DNA of 64,000 nucleotides from Plasmodiophora brassicae (Eukaryota): NCBI GenBank assembly GCA_036867785.1, contig CP145417.1, positions 1,240,001 to 1,304,000 of the forward strand, read 5' to 3'. Shown piece by piece: positions 44,678 to 55,766 of this stretch (position 1 is its first letter; each line of letters starts with the position of its first letter). The notes under the pieces were generated by a model. It saw only the letters and a program-made list of their open reading frames with translations, ran no database searches and was not told where the DNA came from. The position numbers and the translations under genes were made by a program.

Positions 44678-47600
44678 TTACGGCGCCGGGGCGTCGACCA
44701 GGCGCTGCCGGACGTAGGTGCTGTGCACGATGCCCCGCTTGCCGTCGAGGGTGGCCCAGATCCATCCGCTGCCGGCGTCGATGGCGTCGGGGCCGAACAC
44801 GTCGCCCTTCCTGAAGTTGAGCTGGCGCGCGTCCGTCAGCGGCGGCGCGTCGCTGATCGCTACGAGCACGAACGGCGGCGGTGGCGGCACGGTCGCCCTC
44901 GCGAACGTCGACGTCGACCGGGAGCTGGCCAGCTGCTGGAGGATGACGCACCACAACGCGTCGTCGTCGTCGTTCGTGTGCGGGCCGCGGTTCGCGGACG
45001 ACGACGCCGAGGTCCCCCCGCCCGAGGTCGTGCTGGCCGACATGGTGTGCAGGGTGCTGGCGTGCGTGATCGTCCCCGTCATCGCCGTCCCGGTCATCGC
45101 CGTCCCCGTCGTCGCCGTCGTCTGCGTGTTCGTGTAATTGGCGGTCGCGTCGCCCATCGTGGGCATGCTGGCCGAGTCCCACCAGTTGATCACTGTCTGC
45201 AGCAGGGACGCGCTCTTCCCGGACAACGCCTTCGCGGACAGCGAGTGGACCATGAGGCCGGTCGGCGCCTTCGTCTGCGCGCCGTCCTGGACGGCGAACA
45301 GGTTGGCGTGCGCGGGCGCGACCCGCCGGCGGTCCGCCTGACGATTGCGCACCTGGGTCCGGACGACGTTCGCCTGGTAGGAGCAGGCCAGCCAGGTCGA
45401 CAGGGCGTCCAGCGCCAGGAACACGTTGTCCGTGTACGCCGCGTACGTCGTGTACGTGGCCGAGGCGACGATCGACCAGCACCACAGCGCCGACTGGCAG
45501 AGCATCGTCAAGCCGATGACGAACGACAGGCTGCTCAGGAACCGCCCGATGCGGACGTAGGCGCACGACACCTTCCCGTCCAGGCCGACGTAGTGCTCCG
45601 TCAGCTGCAGGCGCAGGAGGCGGCCGAGCAGCGGGATCACGACGGCGATCACGAGCTGCAGCGTCAGGACGATCATGCCGGCGAGCGTCTCCAGCAGCGG
45701 CATGCCCACGATGGTCGACAGCACCAGCAGCACCGGGCAGAACAGCATCATCAGCACCAGCGTCGTCAGCACGCGCCGGATCCGCAGCAGGTTCACCTGC
45801 CACCCAGTAGGTCGTGTGTCAGTGCGCCCCCGAAATCAAACAGTGCCGCGGGCGCCACGGACTGCGCGCGCCGCGGACATTCCCACGACAGGCGCAGTCC
45901 GTGGCCCGCGGCCCATGTACCAGTCGAGGCTTACGTAGTACGGCCCGCGCGTCGTGGCGGTCGCCAGGTCGCCGGTCGACATCTGCTGGAAGCTGTCCTC
46001 GACGGCGAACAGCAGGGCGAGGAAGTACGCGAAGATGGCGAACTGCAGGAACTGGGTGGCGCCCGCCAACAGCTGCAGGGCGAGGGGCGCGCCGGCGCCG
46101 ACCGGCCCCAGCAGCATGATCAGGAGCAGGGTGCCGCGCGTCAGCGACTTGCCCGTGATCAGCGCCGTCATCGTCAGGAACGCGGAGCGCACACGGGCGC
46201 GCGATATGGCGTCCCGGGCGACGACCGACAGGCCGATCGCGAAGATCGCCGTCAGGATGGCGCACGCGGCGAACAGCGCCATCGGCGCCGCCTGCGCCGG
46301 ATCGACCGCGCCCCGGGCGACCAGCTCAAAGTCGGTCAGGTGCGTGCACACGCACGTGGTCGCGTTGCCGGACGCGCGCACGTCGCAACCGCCAACCTGC
46401 CAGCCGAGCGCCGGCGTCGCCCTCCAGCGGCACTCGAGCGCGCCCGGCGCCCCGCCCGTCGGGTTCGGCATGGCGATCACGACCGGAGCGGGTAGGTTCG
46501 TCACCCGCGTCCCGTTCGGCGTCACGGCGACGACGGAGTGCACGTCGCCCACCAGGACGGACACGACGGCGGCGGCCGCCGCCGGCACCGATTGCTGGAA
46601 CCGCACGCGGCACTGCGCTTCGAGCTGCGGGCAGAACGGTTCGCCGCCGAGCCGTCGCGCCTGGACGCCCCCGACGACCCGGTCACAGGCTGTGCAGTCG
46701 CCTGGCAGCATCGCCTGCGCCCATCGCAGGCCGACGTCCTGCAGCAGGCCGATGTCGGACGCGCCGATCGCCGTCGTCAGATCCGCGATCGTCGTCGGCA
46801 GCAACGGCGCCGTCGTCCCCGAGACGATCGCTCGGACGGCCGCCCGGGTCTCGGGCGTCTGGACGCCCATCGACGACAGCGCCGCCGACAGGCTCGCGAT
46901 CTGCATCGACGTCATGGCCGGCGACGGCGTCGGCAGCAGGGGGACCAGGCCGGCGCGGTCGACCACGTCGACCAGGACGCTGGAGGCCGCGATCAGGTCG
47001 TCGACGCTGGCGACGGCCGTCTGGAGGACGGCGGTCGACGACGGCGGGCAGCTGGACACGGCGACGACGTCCGTCGCCTGCGACACGATCCCGTTCGTGT
47101 CGACCATGTCGGCCGACAGGAACACGGTGCAGGTGCCGGGGGACCCCAGCGGGAGCCGCGTCGTGATCGTGGCCGACGCGCTGCACGCGCCGTCGTTCAG
47201 CGGGCGACGATCGGGCCCGGCGCCGATGTAGAACCGGTAGCAGCGGGCGGGGTGCGACCACCCGGACGCCTGAAGCGTGAAGCTGGTGACCAGGGCGTAG
47301 CCGGAGGCGGGCGCGACGAACAGGGCGCCGGCGCCGTTCCAGGGCGGCGTCGTGAAGGCCGCCCAGGCGCGCTGGTGCCCGGACACGTCCACGGCGACAC
47401 GGTACGTCGTGTTCGGCGACAGCGCGTCCAGCGCCAACGTCAGGACCGGCGATGTCGTCGACGGCGACAGGACGGCGCCGGGCCGGGACAGATCCGGCGA
47501 CGGCGACCACCAGGCGATGGTGGCGCCCGGGGCGAGGCCGTCCACCGGGATCGACAGCGTCAGCGGCACGGACGGGTCCGCTGTGGACGTCGCAGAGACA

Positions 47601-48768
47601 ATGGGGGCGGGCAGCAGCAGGGCGGACGTCGCACGGGAGGTGCTCCGGCGCAACATGGTGACGGGTCGCAGTGTGCGCGTCGCTGTCGTCGACGACGACG
47701 GCGACGCGCAGACTCGCAGTGCCCAGGTCCTGCTCGTGTTGTAGGTCGGCGGCGGCGCCGGCAGGCACGTCATCGTGTAGCCCGTGTTCATCGGCAGGAT
47801 TCTGTCGGGAACCCCCGCAGTGATCAGTGGGGGATGCCTGGGCGGTGCGAGTGACGCGCGTGCATACTGGAGATCGGTGACGGACGACAGGGGCGCGAGC
47901 ACTTGCATCGGGAGGGTGACGAGATTGTTGTACGTCATGTCGCTGTATGAGTTTGGGCTCGTGTCAGGCCTGTCTGTGCGCAGACGGCCGTCGTATCGTA
48001 CACTGTTTGTACGGACGACAGGCCGGCGAACGCGTCGGCGTCGACAATGCTGATCATGTTGCTGTCGATGTAGAGCGCCTGGAGCAGCGTCAGCCGTCGG
48101 AATAGGCCGGACTGGATCCGGATCAGCACGTTGCCGGACAGGGTCCTGTGGGGGCGCGCCCGTGTCAGCCTGCAACTGTGTGCGAACATGGGCCGCCATA
48201 TCATGTACGACGGACAGGGTCCTAAGCCTGGTCAGCGTGTCGAACACGCCGGCCTGCAGGTCGGTGATCTGGTTGCCGCCCAGGTCCCTGCCACCGTTCT
48301 CCCGTCAGCAACGAGCTACGCCGGGCAGGAACGGAGCGACGGGCCCATCGCGCGTCATACAATGCCAGCAGGCCTGTGAGCGCGTCGAACGTGCCCGCGG
48401 GGATCGTGGCCAGGCCATTGCCGTTCAGCGTCCTGGTTACACGTCTCCGGTCAGGTCGACCTGTGCACAGGCGCAAACGTCGCCTACAGTGCCGTGATGG
48501 TCGTCGGCAGCGTCAAGAACCACGACGAGTTCACGGACGCGATCTGCAGATGCGACAGGTTCCTGGTCAGGCGCGATTAGGCGACCCGGAAGACGTTCGC
48601 GGCTGGTGCGACGTGCTGTGCGTACAGGGTCGGCGGATTGCACCGGGACGCGTACCAGACGCAGGCGTTGCCTGTGCCGCCGTTGCACACCGACCAGCAG
48701 GACGCCAGCAACGTCGCGGTGCACAGGATCGCTCCCGTGCGGCGGCGCCCCCGACAGCTGGCGAACAT
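44678..48768 (-). CDS. Adhesion-GPCR/polycystin-like receptor: signal peptide - ~6 LRR - REJ - GAIN/GPS - 7TM - SH3
   Basis: Signal peptide plus GNACVWY cap; LRR exons (DLGGNQITDLQAGVFDTLTRLRTL); REJ VAPASGYALVTSFTLQASGW; GPS CRW...W...GC...CVCTHLTDF; 7 TM across intron 45797-45934; SH3-like QLNFRKGD...GWIWATLDGKRGIVHSTY. Confidence 0.87.
45845..45912. repeat. Intronic inverted repeat (21-bp stem with a 2-nt bulge)
   Basis: GCCGCGGG(CG)CCACGGACTGCGC ... GCGCAGTCCGTGGCCCGCGGC. Confidence 0.9.
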
Positions 48769-48939
48769 TGTCGACGGGTTGCAGTCGCCGATGAATATCT
48801 CCATAGCAAATATCTCGGGCGCATGTCGACCCCGGTCGCCGTTGGCCCCGGCCCATGAGCGCGCGTCCTTCTCGTCGAAATTGCCGAATCATGTCTTCAA
48901 CAGCAATGTCAATACTCTAACGTCGTTCGTTGGGCTTCG

Positions 48940-49013
48940 CAGTAGAATCGATCGTGAGGCCCTGACGCCCAATTCGTCTGTTGTCCTGCGCCGGCGACAC
49001 TCGGAGTCGCTGG
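48940..49013 (+). pseudogene. Diverged fragment of RPT3 exon 2 with its splice acceptor
   Basis: SRIDREALTPNSSVVLRRRHSESL versus [23 protein letters not shown] (50123-50191). Confidence 0.8.
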
Positions 49014-49095
49014 GTTCGACACATCCTTCTTGGCACATGACGTACGACGACGTCGTACGTCCTCGATCGATCGCCGAGATTCACGTCGCTGGCCT

Positions 49096-49542
49096 TTATT
49101 GCTGGAACTTATTTCGCAGCCTCTCAACAGGGAAGCGCTTGTCCCGGAAGTAGTTCCTGACCCAGTCCTTTCGCGTCGTGTTCAACACGGACAGCGTCTG
49201 CTGAATCAGGCGCCGTTCCGTGCTGTCCGACTGGAGGTACTCCGCAACGATGGCTTCGTCGTCGATGTCGTCAAACAGCACGCGCACCAGGACTGCGACG
49301 ACGATACCGGTGCGGTCGCGTCCCGATTTGCAGTGGACCAGAATTGGTGTCTTCGCCGCCAGCAGGGACAGCATTACGTCTCGGAGCCATTGGCGAACGT
49401 CCGGGCACGTCGTGTCGTACTTTTCGATGCTGACGTCGACGGCGATTGTCTCCAGAACAACAGAATATCCGACTGAGGTCAGCGTCCGCGTACGGTCTTC
49501 AAGGGGTCGATTGCGACGTCGAGCCACCAGCTGACAGCGCAA
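49096..49542 (-). CDS. Protein-tyrosine/dual-specificity phosphatase (IphP/PtpB-like); 5' end not found, possibly a pseudogene
   Basis: P-loop [14 protein letters not shown] and IVAEYLQS; no ATG upstream of the conserved region within the ORF. Confidence 0.7.
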   Translation of the reverse strand: MRCQLVARRRNRPLEDRTRTLTSVGYSVVLETIAVDVSIEKYDTTCPDVRQWLRDVMLSLLAAKTPILVHCKSGRDRTGIVVAVLVRVLFDDIDDEAIVAEYLQSDSTERRLIQQTLSVLNTTRKDWVRNYFRDKRFPVERLRNKFQQ

Positions 49543-49560
49543 GGCCAGTTGGACAGTCCA

Positions 49561-49617
49561 CCTGCGTCAGCAGCTCCATCAGGATGTGCTGCACCTCGCG
49601 GTCGGCGCCGGTCTGCG
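49561..49617 (-). pseudogene. Inverted fragment of RPT3 exon 3
   Basis: Encodes [18 protein letters not shown], nearly identical to 50668-50723 on the other strand. Confidence 0.85.
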
Positions 49618-49733
49618 GTGTCTGTATTATTGCACAGGGCCATTAGTAATGTACGGTGGGCGGCGCCGGTTCGACCTGTTGGACGCGACGACGTTGTTTT
49701 TTGGCGATTGCCGCTTTTGCCGCGTCCGCGACG

Positions 49734-51095
49734 ATGGCGACGGCGATGCTGATCGACGATGTGACGACGGGGGCAGCGGCGCCGGTGCCGTACGGCGCGG
49801 GGCCGTCGTCGTCGGCGCCGCCGACCAAGCCTGTCGACCTGTACGTGACGCTGAAGGGGCTGCAGGACCAGATGGAGTTCCTGGCGATCCAGGAGGCGTA
49901 CATCAAGGACGAGCAGAAGAACCTGAAGCGGGAGCTGCTGCGCGCCGAGGAGGAGGTCAAGCGCATCCAGTCCGTGCCCCTGGTCATCGGCCAGTTCCTC
50001 GAGATGGTCGACGAGTCCAGCGGCATCGTCCACAGCACCACCGGGCAGACGTACTACGCGCGGATCCTCAGGTCTCTTCGCGGTTCCTTCCCGCCCCGCC
50101 CCCCACTGATCGTTTGTCGCGCAGCACGATCGACCGCGAGGCGCTGAAGCCCAACTCGTCCGTCGCCCTGCATCGCCACTCGAACTCGCTGGTCGACATC
50201 CTCCCGCCGGAGGCCGACTCGACCATCAGCACGCTGGCCATCACCGGTACGTCGGTCGCGTGTGAACCACCCGCTCGTTGCTGCGCTGACGGCCGTCTCG
50301 CGACGCGCAGAGAAACCCGACGTGACGTACGCGGACATCGGCGGCCTGGACATCCAGAAGCAGGAGATCCGCGAGGCGGTCGAGCTGCCGCTGACCCAGT
50401 TCGACCTGTACAGGACGATCGGGATCGACCCGCCGCGCGGCGTCCTGATGTGGGGGCCGCCCGGCACGGGCAAGACGATGATGGCGAAGGCGGTCGCGCA
50501 CCACACGACGGCGTCGTTCATCCGGGTGGTCGGGTCCGAGTTCGTCCAGAAGTACCTGGGCGAGGGGCCCCGCATGGTACGCGACGTGTTCCGCCTGGCC
50601 CGGGAGAACGCCCCGTCCATCATCTTCATCGACGAGGTCGACGCGATCGCCACGAAGCGGTTCGACGCGCAGACCGGCGCCGACCGCGAGGTGCAGCGCA
50701 TCCTGATGGAGCTGCTGACGCAGATGGACGGGTTCGACCAGTCGACGAACGTCAAGGTGATCATGGCGACGAACCGGGCCGACACGCTCGACCCGGCGCT
50801 GCTGCGCCCCGGCCGTCTGGACCGCAAGATCGAGTTCCCGCCGCCGGACCGCCGCCAGAAGCGCCTCATCTTCCAGGTGGCGACCGCCAAGATGAACCTG
50901 TCCGAGGAGATCGACCTGGAGGACTACGTGCAGCGCCCGGAGAAGGTGTCCGCCGCCGACATCGCGTCGATCGCCCAGGAGGCCGGCCTGCACGCCGTCC
51001 GCAACAACCGGTACGTCATCCTGCCCGCCGACTTCGAGAAGGCGTACAAGAACAACATCAAGAAGGCGGACACCGACTTTGAGTTCTACACGTAG
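49734..51095 (+). CDS. RPT3: 26S proteasome AAA-ATPase Rpt3/PSMC4
   Basis: [62 protein letters not shown]-terminal FYT; two introns. Confidence 0.97.
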
Positions 51096-51769
51096 GGTCC
51101 CGACGAGGGGCAATCCCCGCCACAGCCGCGCGTGTGCCCAATTACTGCTATCCGCACCCTGCCGGTCTGCCGCCCGCCGACGCCCACCCGATCATACGTA
51201 CAACGCCCGCCGTTACCGACTAGGCGTGTCCCCGTTTGCGATTGCGCGTTCACTGCGATTGGTTGCCGCCCGTGTTCGCCAGTGCCGGTACCTGTTGGAC
51301 GCGTGCGCGCGTTGTGGTTCACCAGGGCGTGCCTTCGGGAAGGTCCGCCAGCAACGTCGCGATGCATTCGTCGAACGTGCCGCTTCAAGGCGTCGACGCG
51401 CGCAAACGTCATACTTCCCGTTGCGTTTTATGGCACGAGCACTTCATGTGCTTGTGGCAGAATAGCCCGGGTGGTCACCGTAGTATGGCAGTGGTCGCAT
51501 TCATAGCCGCCTGGGCCGGGGCGAAGAGGTCTGCCACCGCGAGCTGCCCCTGTTCGAGCGCAAGTTGCACGCCTTGCGGTTGATACCGACCACACCAGTA
51601 GACCCACGTCGCGGTTAACGCCAACGTACAGTTCGCATCAGCTAGTCTAACTTGAGAGTGCACCCATGTATGTGATACAAGTAAACGTGTGGCGCACCAT
51701 CATTCCATTAATAACAGCCCTCGATAGTTAGACCAGGCGCGGGCGACGTGCACACACGCACACACACGG

Positions 51770-54396
51770 CTATGCCTTCTTGGCGTTCAGGCGTCGAGTC
51801 CAGGAATCCAGCTCGACGATTACGGGATGGTCGCCGCTCTGGAACGCCGTCTTGAGCGTCATGTAGCAGCGCTTGTGGACCAGCCTGGCCTGATCCAGGT
51901 CGCCGACCACGAAATAGCACCGTACTGAACGACCGCGTGCGTCAGACGACGCAGAACGGAGGGGACGAGAACGCCGCTACCGAGTTGCAATAGGGTCAGC
52001 GCGACCAGGACGCTATCGCTGCCGTGCGCGCGCTCTTCGAGCTTGCACAGCCGGAGCAGGGCGTCGCGAGCCAGCTCGTGTTCGCCCATGTCGGTGTAGC
52101 ACCTGGCGAGGTCCACAAGGACATTCGTTCGGAAGTGTAGCGGCGAGTCCAACCGGGTCAGGGAGCCCAGCGCCGATTCCTGACACAGGGCGCGCGTGAG
52201 AGGCACGCGCGGACGCGTCCATCGGGGGAGGGGGTGGACCGCTGACCTGAAGCTCCCGTTGCAGGGACAGTTGCCCCAGGCGCCCCTCGCATCGCCCCAG
52301 CTCGGCCATCGTCAGGGCAATCGGCTCGCTGCCCGCCGGGTGGAACGACTGCTCCAGCGTGAGCACCTTCTTCAGGATCTTGCGCTGCTTGGCGTAATCG
52401 CCCAGCTCGCTCGACGCCCTGCCGAACAGCTTCAACGTGTTCGCGAAGATCACATGGTTGACCCCGTAGATCTCCTCGAGCGTCGCCAGCGACCGCTGAT
52501 AGCAATCCATCAGCACGCTCGCGTCGCCCTGCTTCGCGTGGCACACGGCCAGGTGCGCCAGGACGAACGCCACCCGCCGGTCCCTCGGCCCGTACAGCTG
52601 TTCGGCCAGCGACAGCGCCTCATCCAAGTACTGCTGCGACTCGGCCATGTCGTTCAAGTCTGGGCGCGCAAGTCAGCAGGGGACACACGCCGACAGGCAC
52701 AGGAGATCAGCAGACCGTCGGCCACGGCGGCGAGCTCCCAGACGGTCTGCAGGACCGTCGACGTCATCGGCCCATAGCGCTTCCGCTTGATGTCCAGCAC
52801 GCGCTGGAGCGTGGCGCGCGCCGACGGGAACTCCTCCAGCTCCGAGTACGTCCACGCCAGCATCGACAGCGTCCAGATCAGCTTCGGCGAGTCCTTCTCG
52901 GCCGGGTCGGCGTCCTGGATCGAGATGGCGCGCCGCAGGACGGCCTTCTCGCGCTCGAACTCGCCCAGCGAGTTGTACGCGCTGGCCAGCATTCGCAGCA
53001 CGGGGACGAGGCTGATGTGCTCGGCGCCGTGCAACTTGGCCATGACGGTCAGCTCGCGCTGGCAGGCGTCGCGCTGCCTCTCGTGGTCGCCGTTCTTCTG
53101 GTACGCATCGCTCATCAACGACAGCGCCTCGGTCAGCTCCGGGTACTCATCCGGGGCGCCATCCACCGAATCTACAAAGGGAACGCCCTGTGAGCAGGAG
53201 CGCGCCCGGCCAGGGAGGGGGACGCCACCGAGCCGAGTACCGAGGACGTGGACGGCGCGTTCGGCCATGGCGCGCTGCTCGGGGACCTTCCCCAGGCGCG
53301 CGTACGTGTGCCCGAGCAGGACGAGCGTCTTGGCCAGCTGCGGGTGGTGGTCGCCGAACTCGCGCTCGTCGATGCGCAGGGCGCTCTCCAGCGTCTCCCT
53401 GGCGCGCGCGTCGTCGCCAAGCATCAGGCAGGCCTGGCCGAGCTCCGCCAGGCTGTCGGACACGTTCGGATGGTCCTCGCCGAACAGCGCCTGCCCCGCC
53501 CCAACACAGACACACGTCAGCGGTCGGTTCCCTCGCGCGACCAGGCAACCACCAGCGACCTCTTTGACACGGACAAGCTTCGACAGGACGTCGCGGCGCC
53601 GCTCGTAGTTGCCCGAGTCCTCGAACAGGGCGGCGAGCTCCTCGAGCGGGGCGACGACCTCCATGCTGACCTCGCCGAACTCGTTCTGCGCGTCGCGAAC
53701 CGCGTTCATCAGGCGCATCTCCTCCCGGACCTGCGAGTCGCTCTCCGGGCTGGCCCCGACCATCATCACCGCGTCCGCGTGCTGGACGCGGACGACCTCC
53801 ACGGACGCCTGCGTCGACGACGACGACGGCGGCGGCGTCGTCGACGCAGGCACGGCGACGACCTCGTCGGAATCCGTGTAGGCATGCGACGACGCCGGGC
53901 TGGGCGCCGGCGATTCCGACAGGGCGAACCCGCTGCCGATGCTGGCGGGGCTGCCGCGGTGATGGTGGTGGTGCTGCAGGCGCTGAATGGCGGACCGCCC
54001 CGCCGCACTATTAATAGTGCGCGTCTCCGAGTAGTGCAGCTCCGGGGTGCCGCCGCCGTCCGCGCCGCCGGCGGTGTCGGACGACGACGACGACGGGCGG
54101 CGCGGCTCGAACTTGCCCGACCCCGACGGCGACCGGGGCGAATCCGGCACCGTCTGACGAGGTGAATCGGGCGGGTCGGCCCGGCCCATGTCCGACGACG
54201 GCTTCGGGCGGTGCGAGGCGGCCCGCGTCCGGTACTCGATCGGGTCGAAGCGCCCGGACCCGCCCGACGACGTCGACGATGTCGTCTCGAACCGCGACAT
54301 GGACGCCCGGGCGGACGCGTCCACCCGAGCGGGCGACGGTTTCGGGTCGGGCGCTCCGCCGCCCGATACCGTCTTCGTCAGGCGCGACGACGCCAT
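51770..54396 (-). CDS. Kinesin-light-chain-type TPR protein with disordered N-terminus
   Basis: Repeated FGEDHPNVSDSLAELG / ESALRIDEREFGDHHPQLAKTL units across several short introns; start uncertain. Confidence 0.85.
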
Positions 54397-54747
54397 CGCG
54401 TTCGACCCGCTGCGAACGGGCGGCGTGGGCAGAGCCTGTGCGCGGGCGGTCAGCGGGGCGGGCGCGACCGTGCACGGCATCGTACCCGGCTCGGGCCTCG
54501 GTCCGGCGACACGGCCGCCGGGTTGTTGCTGCTGCCATCGTTGGCCGACCTGTGCCGCTGCTGGGACCCGCCGCCGCCGCCGCCCGACAGCTGGAGCGGG
54601 GACCGCCCCGCCAGCGACCTCTGCTGCTCCGACCCACTCATCGCAAGGCGACCCGCAGCATGGAACGAGCGACCTGGTGGCCCTGCGACTGGGTGCACCA
54701 CCTGTGCGCGCGTGTGTGTACTGAACGTGCCCGCGCCCAGGTCGCGG

Positions 54748-55702
54748 TTAGGGCCCGGCCACGCCGGCGCCAGCGCTCCACGTCACCGGGAACAGGATCG
54801 GGCGGGACGGGACGGCGTCGGATTCGATGTTGACGGCCTGCAGGTCGAGGACGTGCAGACCATCCGGCAGGGCGTCGGGGAAGAACGCCAGCTCGGTGAT
54901 GGTGCGTTGGTGCGGCAGGGGCACGATGCGGCCGTGACGCGGGACCCCCCACAGGATGCGATGCGCCAACAGGCGGCCGCCGTCGCGTTCCCGATCGACG
55001 GACGGGAGATCGGCGACGACGTGCGCGGCGGCCCATTCGTCGGCGAGGAGCGCGGCGGCGTCCACGGTCAGGTACGCCGGGTTCGTGCCCGTGTAATCGC
55101 GCACGCGCTTGCCGTCGTCGTTCGGCAGCGTGCGAATGCAGATCGCCTCCCGGAACGCGTCGACCTGCGATTGCGGAACGGAGCGGCAGGCCGCCAGGTC
55201 GCGTTCGACCGCCCGCATTGCGTCGCGCAGCGCCCTGGCCGAGACGACGGCGTCGCCCGCGTCGGCCGCGTCCGAGTACGCGTCGCCGGACGCGGCGAAC
55301 GGTTCGGGGCGGACCGTCAGCAGCGTGCACCGCAGCGGGCCGCCCGGCAGGCAGCGCCCGACGGGCACGCGCTCGACCTGTTATACACGCGGCGAACGTT
55401 CACTGCGCGGGCCGGGCCGACGTAGTGCGCGTGCAGTCCCGCACACCTACCGAGCCGTGCCCGACGCCCTCCGTGTGCGTCGCGGACGCGTGCGCGCAGA
55501 CCGTGATCGACTCGCAGTTGACGGCGGCGCCGTCGGCGACGCGCGACACGGGCGCCCCGCGGCACCCGGCCCGCAGGCCGAAGCAGGCCAGGCGCGGGCC
55601 GTCGTCGTCATCGTCGTCGCGAATCACCCGGACGGCAATGCTGCAGTCGACGCCGGCGCCCGTCTCGATCGACCAGCGCCCGGACCCGCCCACGAGACGC
55701 AT
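54748..55702 (-). CDS. Cyclase/kynurenine-formamidase family metal hydrolase
   Basis: AHASATHTEGVGH, IRTLPN, DLPSVDRERDGGRLLAH, TITEL, DAVPSRP motifs; one intron. Confidence 0.85.
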
Positions 55703-55766
55703 CTGGGCCCCGCACGACGGAAATGGCACACACACGGCGCACGCGCGCGCGCGGTCGACGACATTG

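Noticed and set aside
42374-47854. Long antisense ORFs (e.g. 42374-43687, 44567-46495, 46538-47854)
   Set aside because: Shadow frames of very GC-rich genes; Arg/Gly/Pro-rich with no motifs
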